Part shown: positions 22,918 through 24,000 of the stretch, piece by piece
Layout of the letters: each line of letters opens with the position of its first letter
Position numbering within the stretch: position 1 is the first letter of the stretch
Assembly: GCF_051133435.1 (NCBI RefSeq)
Contig: NZ_JBPGNY010000001.1
Span: forward strand, 294,338-318,337
Reading direction: 5' to 3'
Length of the DNA: 24,000 nt
Source of the DNA: Enemella sp. A6
GTDB taxonomy: Bacteria > Actinomycetota > Actinomycetes > Propionibacteriales > Propionibacteriaceae
Position numbers and translations under genes: made by a program
Notes under the pieces: generated by a model
Seen by the model: the letters and a program-made list of their open reading frames with translations, nothing else
The model's database searches: none
What the model was told of the DNA's origin: nothing

Positions 22918-24000
22918 GTTGCATCGGAATCCTGAACTCCCATTCCACTCCCCGACCGGGGGCGGTGCGCAGTTTGGCATATCCACCCAGTTCGGCGATC
23001 CGGCCGTGAATCGAGTGTTTCATGCCCATCCGGCCACGCTCGACGGCGCTGTCGAAATCCTGCTGTTGCGCGCCCCGTCCGTTGTCGCGGATACCGATCA
23101 CCAGTTCGTCGCCCTCGCGTTCCAGCAGCACCCAGGCCTGGGCGTCGGTGCCGGCGTGCTTGTTGACATTGTTCAGGGCCTCCTGCACCGCGGCTTCGAT
23201 TTCCTGGGCCCGGGTCGCCTCCACCAGCACTGTTTCGGCCGGGGTGGAGATCGTCACCCCCGGCCCGGCATGCCGGTCGAGCAAGGACGAGAGGTTGCGC
23301 CGGGTGACGTCGATCAGGGCCTCGTCGGGTTCGGCGGCCTGTTCCTGCAACAGGGCGCGCAGGGCCGATTCCTGTTCGTGGGCGGCCTTGGCCAGCCACT
23401 GGCCCCGGGGCCCGAGATTGCGACCCTCGCGTTCCACCAGGGCCAACACCTGCAACACGCCGTCGTGCACGATCCGGGCCAGACGTTGGCGTTCGGCCAT
23501 CGCGGCCCGCTGAGCGGTCATGACGCGCAGTTCGGCGGCATGGCAGCGCAACTGTTCGACCAGGTAGCCCAGGCAGGCGCAGCCGATCACCGTCATCATC
23601 GAGGCGACGATGTCGTCGGTGCTGGGGCCGGCCACCACGGATGCCACCACGGCCAGTGAGCCGGCCGCGATGGTTCCGGGTACCCAGCCGCGCCACAGCG
23701 CGATCGCCATCGGGGCCCCGGCAATCCACAGGTCCGGAACCGTCGAGTGCGGGCCGACCACCCAGGGCGAACACAGCACCAGAGCCAGCGTGACCCCGAA
23801 GTCGGCGGCCAGGAGCCAGGTCGGACGGGTTCGGGCATAGGCGATCGCGGTGGCCAGGGTCCAGGCCACCATGAAGGCGAAGCAGGCGATCAGCAACAGC
23901 CGGTGGCCGTCGACCAGCCACAGGTTGCGCGCGGCGAGCATCAGCATCCCGCTGCGCAAGGCGGTGTGCGCCTTGAAAACAGGGGTTTCCTCGAACTCCC
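22910..24000 (-). CDS. Sensor histidine kinase (HisKA_3 / NarX-DesK type). The N-terminus probably lies beyond the right edge.
   Basis: Multiple TM segments are present. The H-box is ERQRLARIVHDGVLQVLA, the N-box is QEALNNVNKHAG and the G-box region is IGIRDNGRG...GMKHSIHGRIAELGG. The reading frame stays open from 23959 to position 24000 (..EFEETPVFKAHTA-LRSG..), so the TTG at 23959 need not be the start. Confidence 0.85.
   Translation of the reverse strand, partial: EFEETPVFKAHTALRSGMLMLAARNLWLVDGHRLLLIACFAFMVAWTLATAIAYARTRPTWLLAADFGVTLALVLCSPWVVGPHSTVPDLWIAGAPMAIALWRGWVPGTIAAGSLAVVASVVAGPSTDDIVASMMTVIGCACLGYLVEQLRCHAAELRVMTAQRAAMAERQRLARIVHDGVLQVLALVEREGRNLGPRGQWLAKAAHEQESALRALLQEQAAEPDEALIDVTRRNLSSLLDRHAGPGVTISTPAETVLVEATRAQEIEAAVQEALNNVNKHAGTDAQAWVLLEREGDELVIGIRDNGRGAQQQDFDSAVERGRMGMKHSIHGRIAELGGYAKLRTAPGRGVEWEFRIPMQHE

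Noticed and set aside
22225-23659. Plus-strand ORFs 22225-22935 and 22583-23659, and the minus-strand alternative frame 22914-23921
   Set aside because: They overlap the response regulator and histidine kinase, whose REC, LuxR-HTH, H-box, N-box and G-box motifs fix the true frame.

Overview
This is a high-GC actinobacterial chromosomal segment. Hand-counted 60-nt lines in the flanking core are mostly about 70-75% GC. The core genes follow a layout I recall from Mycobacterium and Corynebacterium: metF, an idsA-like polyprenyl synthase, then a PASTA Ser/Thr kinase (pknL-like), then class II DAHP synthase (aroG). The left end carries the start of an 'anchored-repeat' metal ABC-transporter operon. 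It comprises a partial ZnuA/TroA-type binding protein and a 644-aa LPXTG-anchored protein built from repeat domains, preceded by a near-consensus Fur-family box and divergent from a HelD-like RNA-polymerase-associated helicase. A block of about 9.1 kb (7001-16136) with visibly lower GC sits between the polyprenyl synthase and a ThiE-like gene. It holds a tightly coupled eight-gene operon matching the complete but functionally uncharacterised E. coli yhfZ-yhfY-yhfX-yhfW-php-yhfU-yhfT-yhfS set, in a different gene order, plus a divergent VOC (glyoxalase-fold) / WYL-regulator pair. The right end carries a membrane-anchored hypothetical protein made of two tandem copies of one module, a CsbD-like small stress protein, aroG, and a NarL/LuxR-type two-component pair whose kinase runs off the window. 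I found no rRNA, tRNA, CRISPR array, transposase or integrase. Many long ORFs in the track are antisense artefacts typical of high-GC DNA. All family assignments rest on motifs read by eye and on remembered homologues, so they need HMM/BLAST confirmation.
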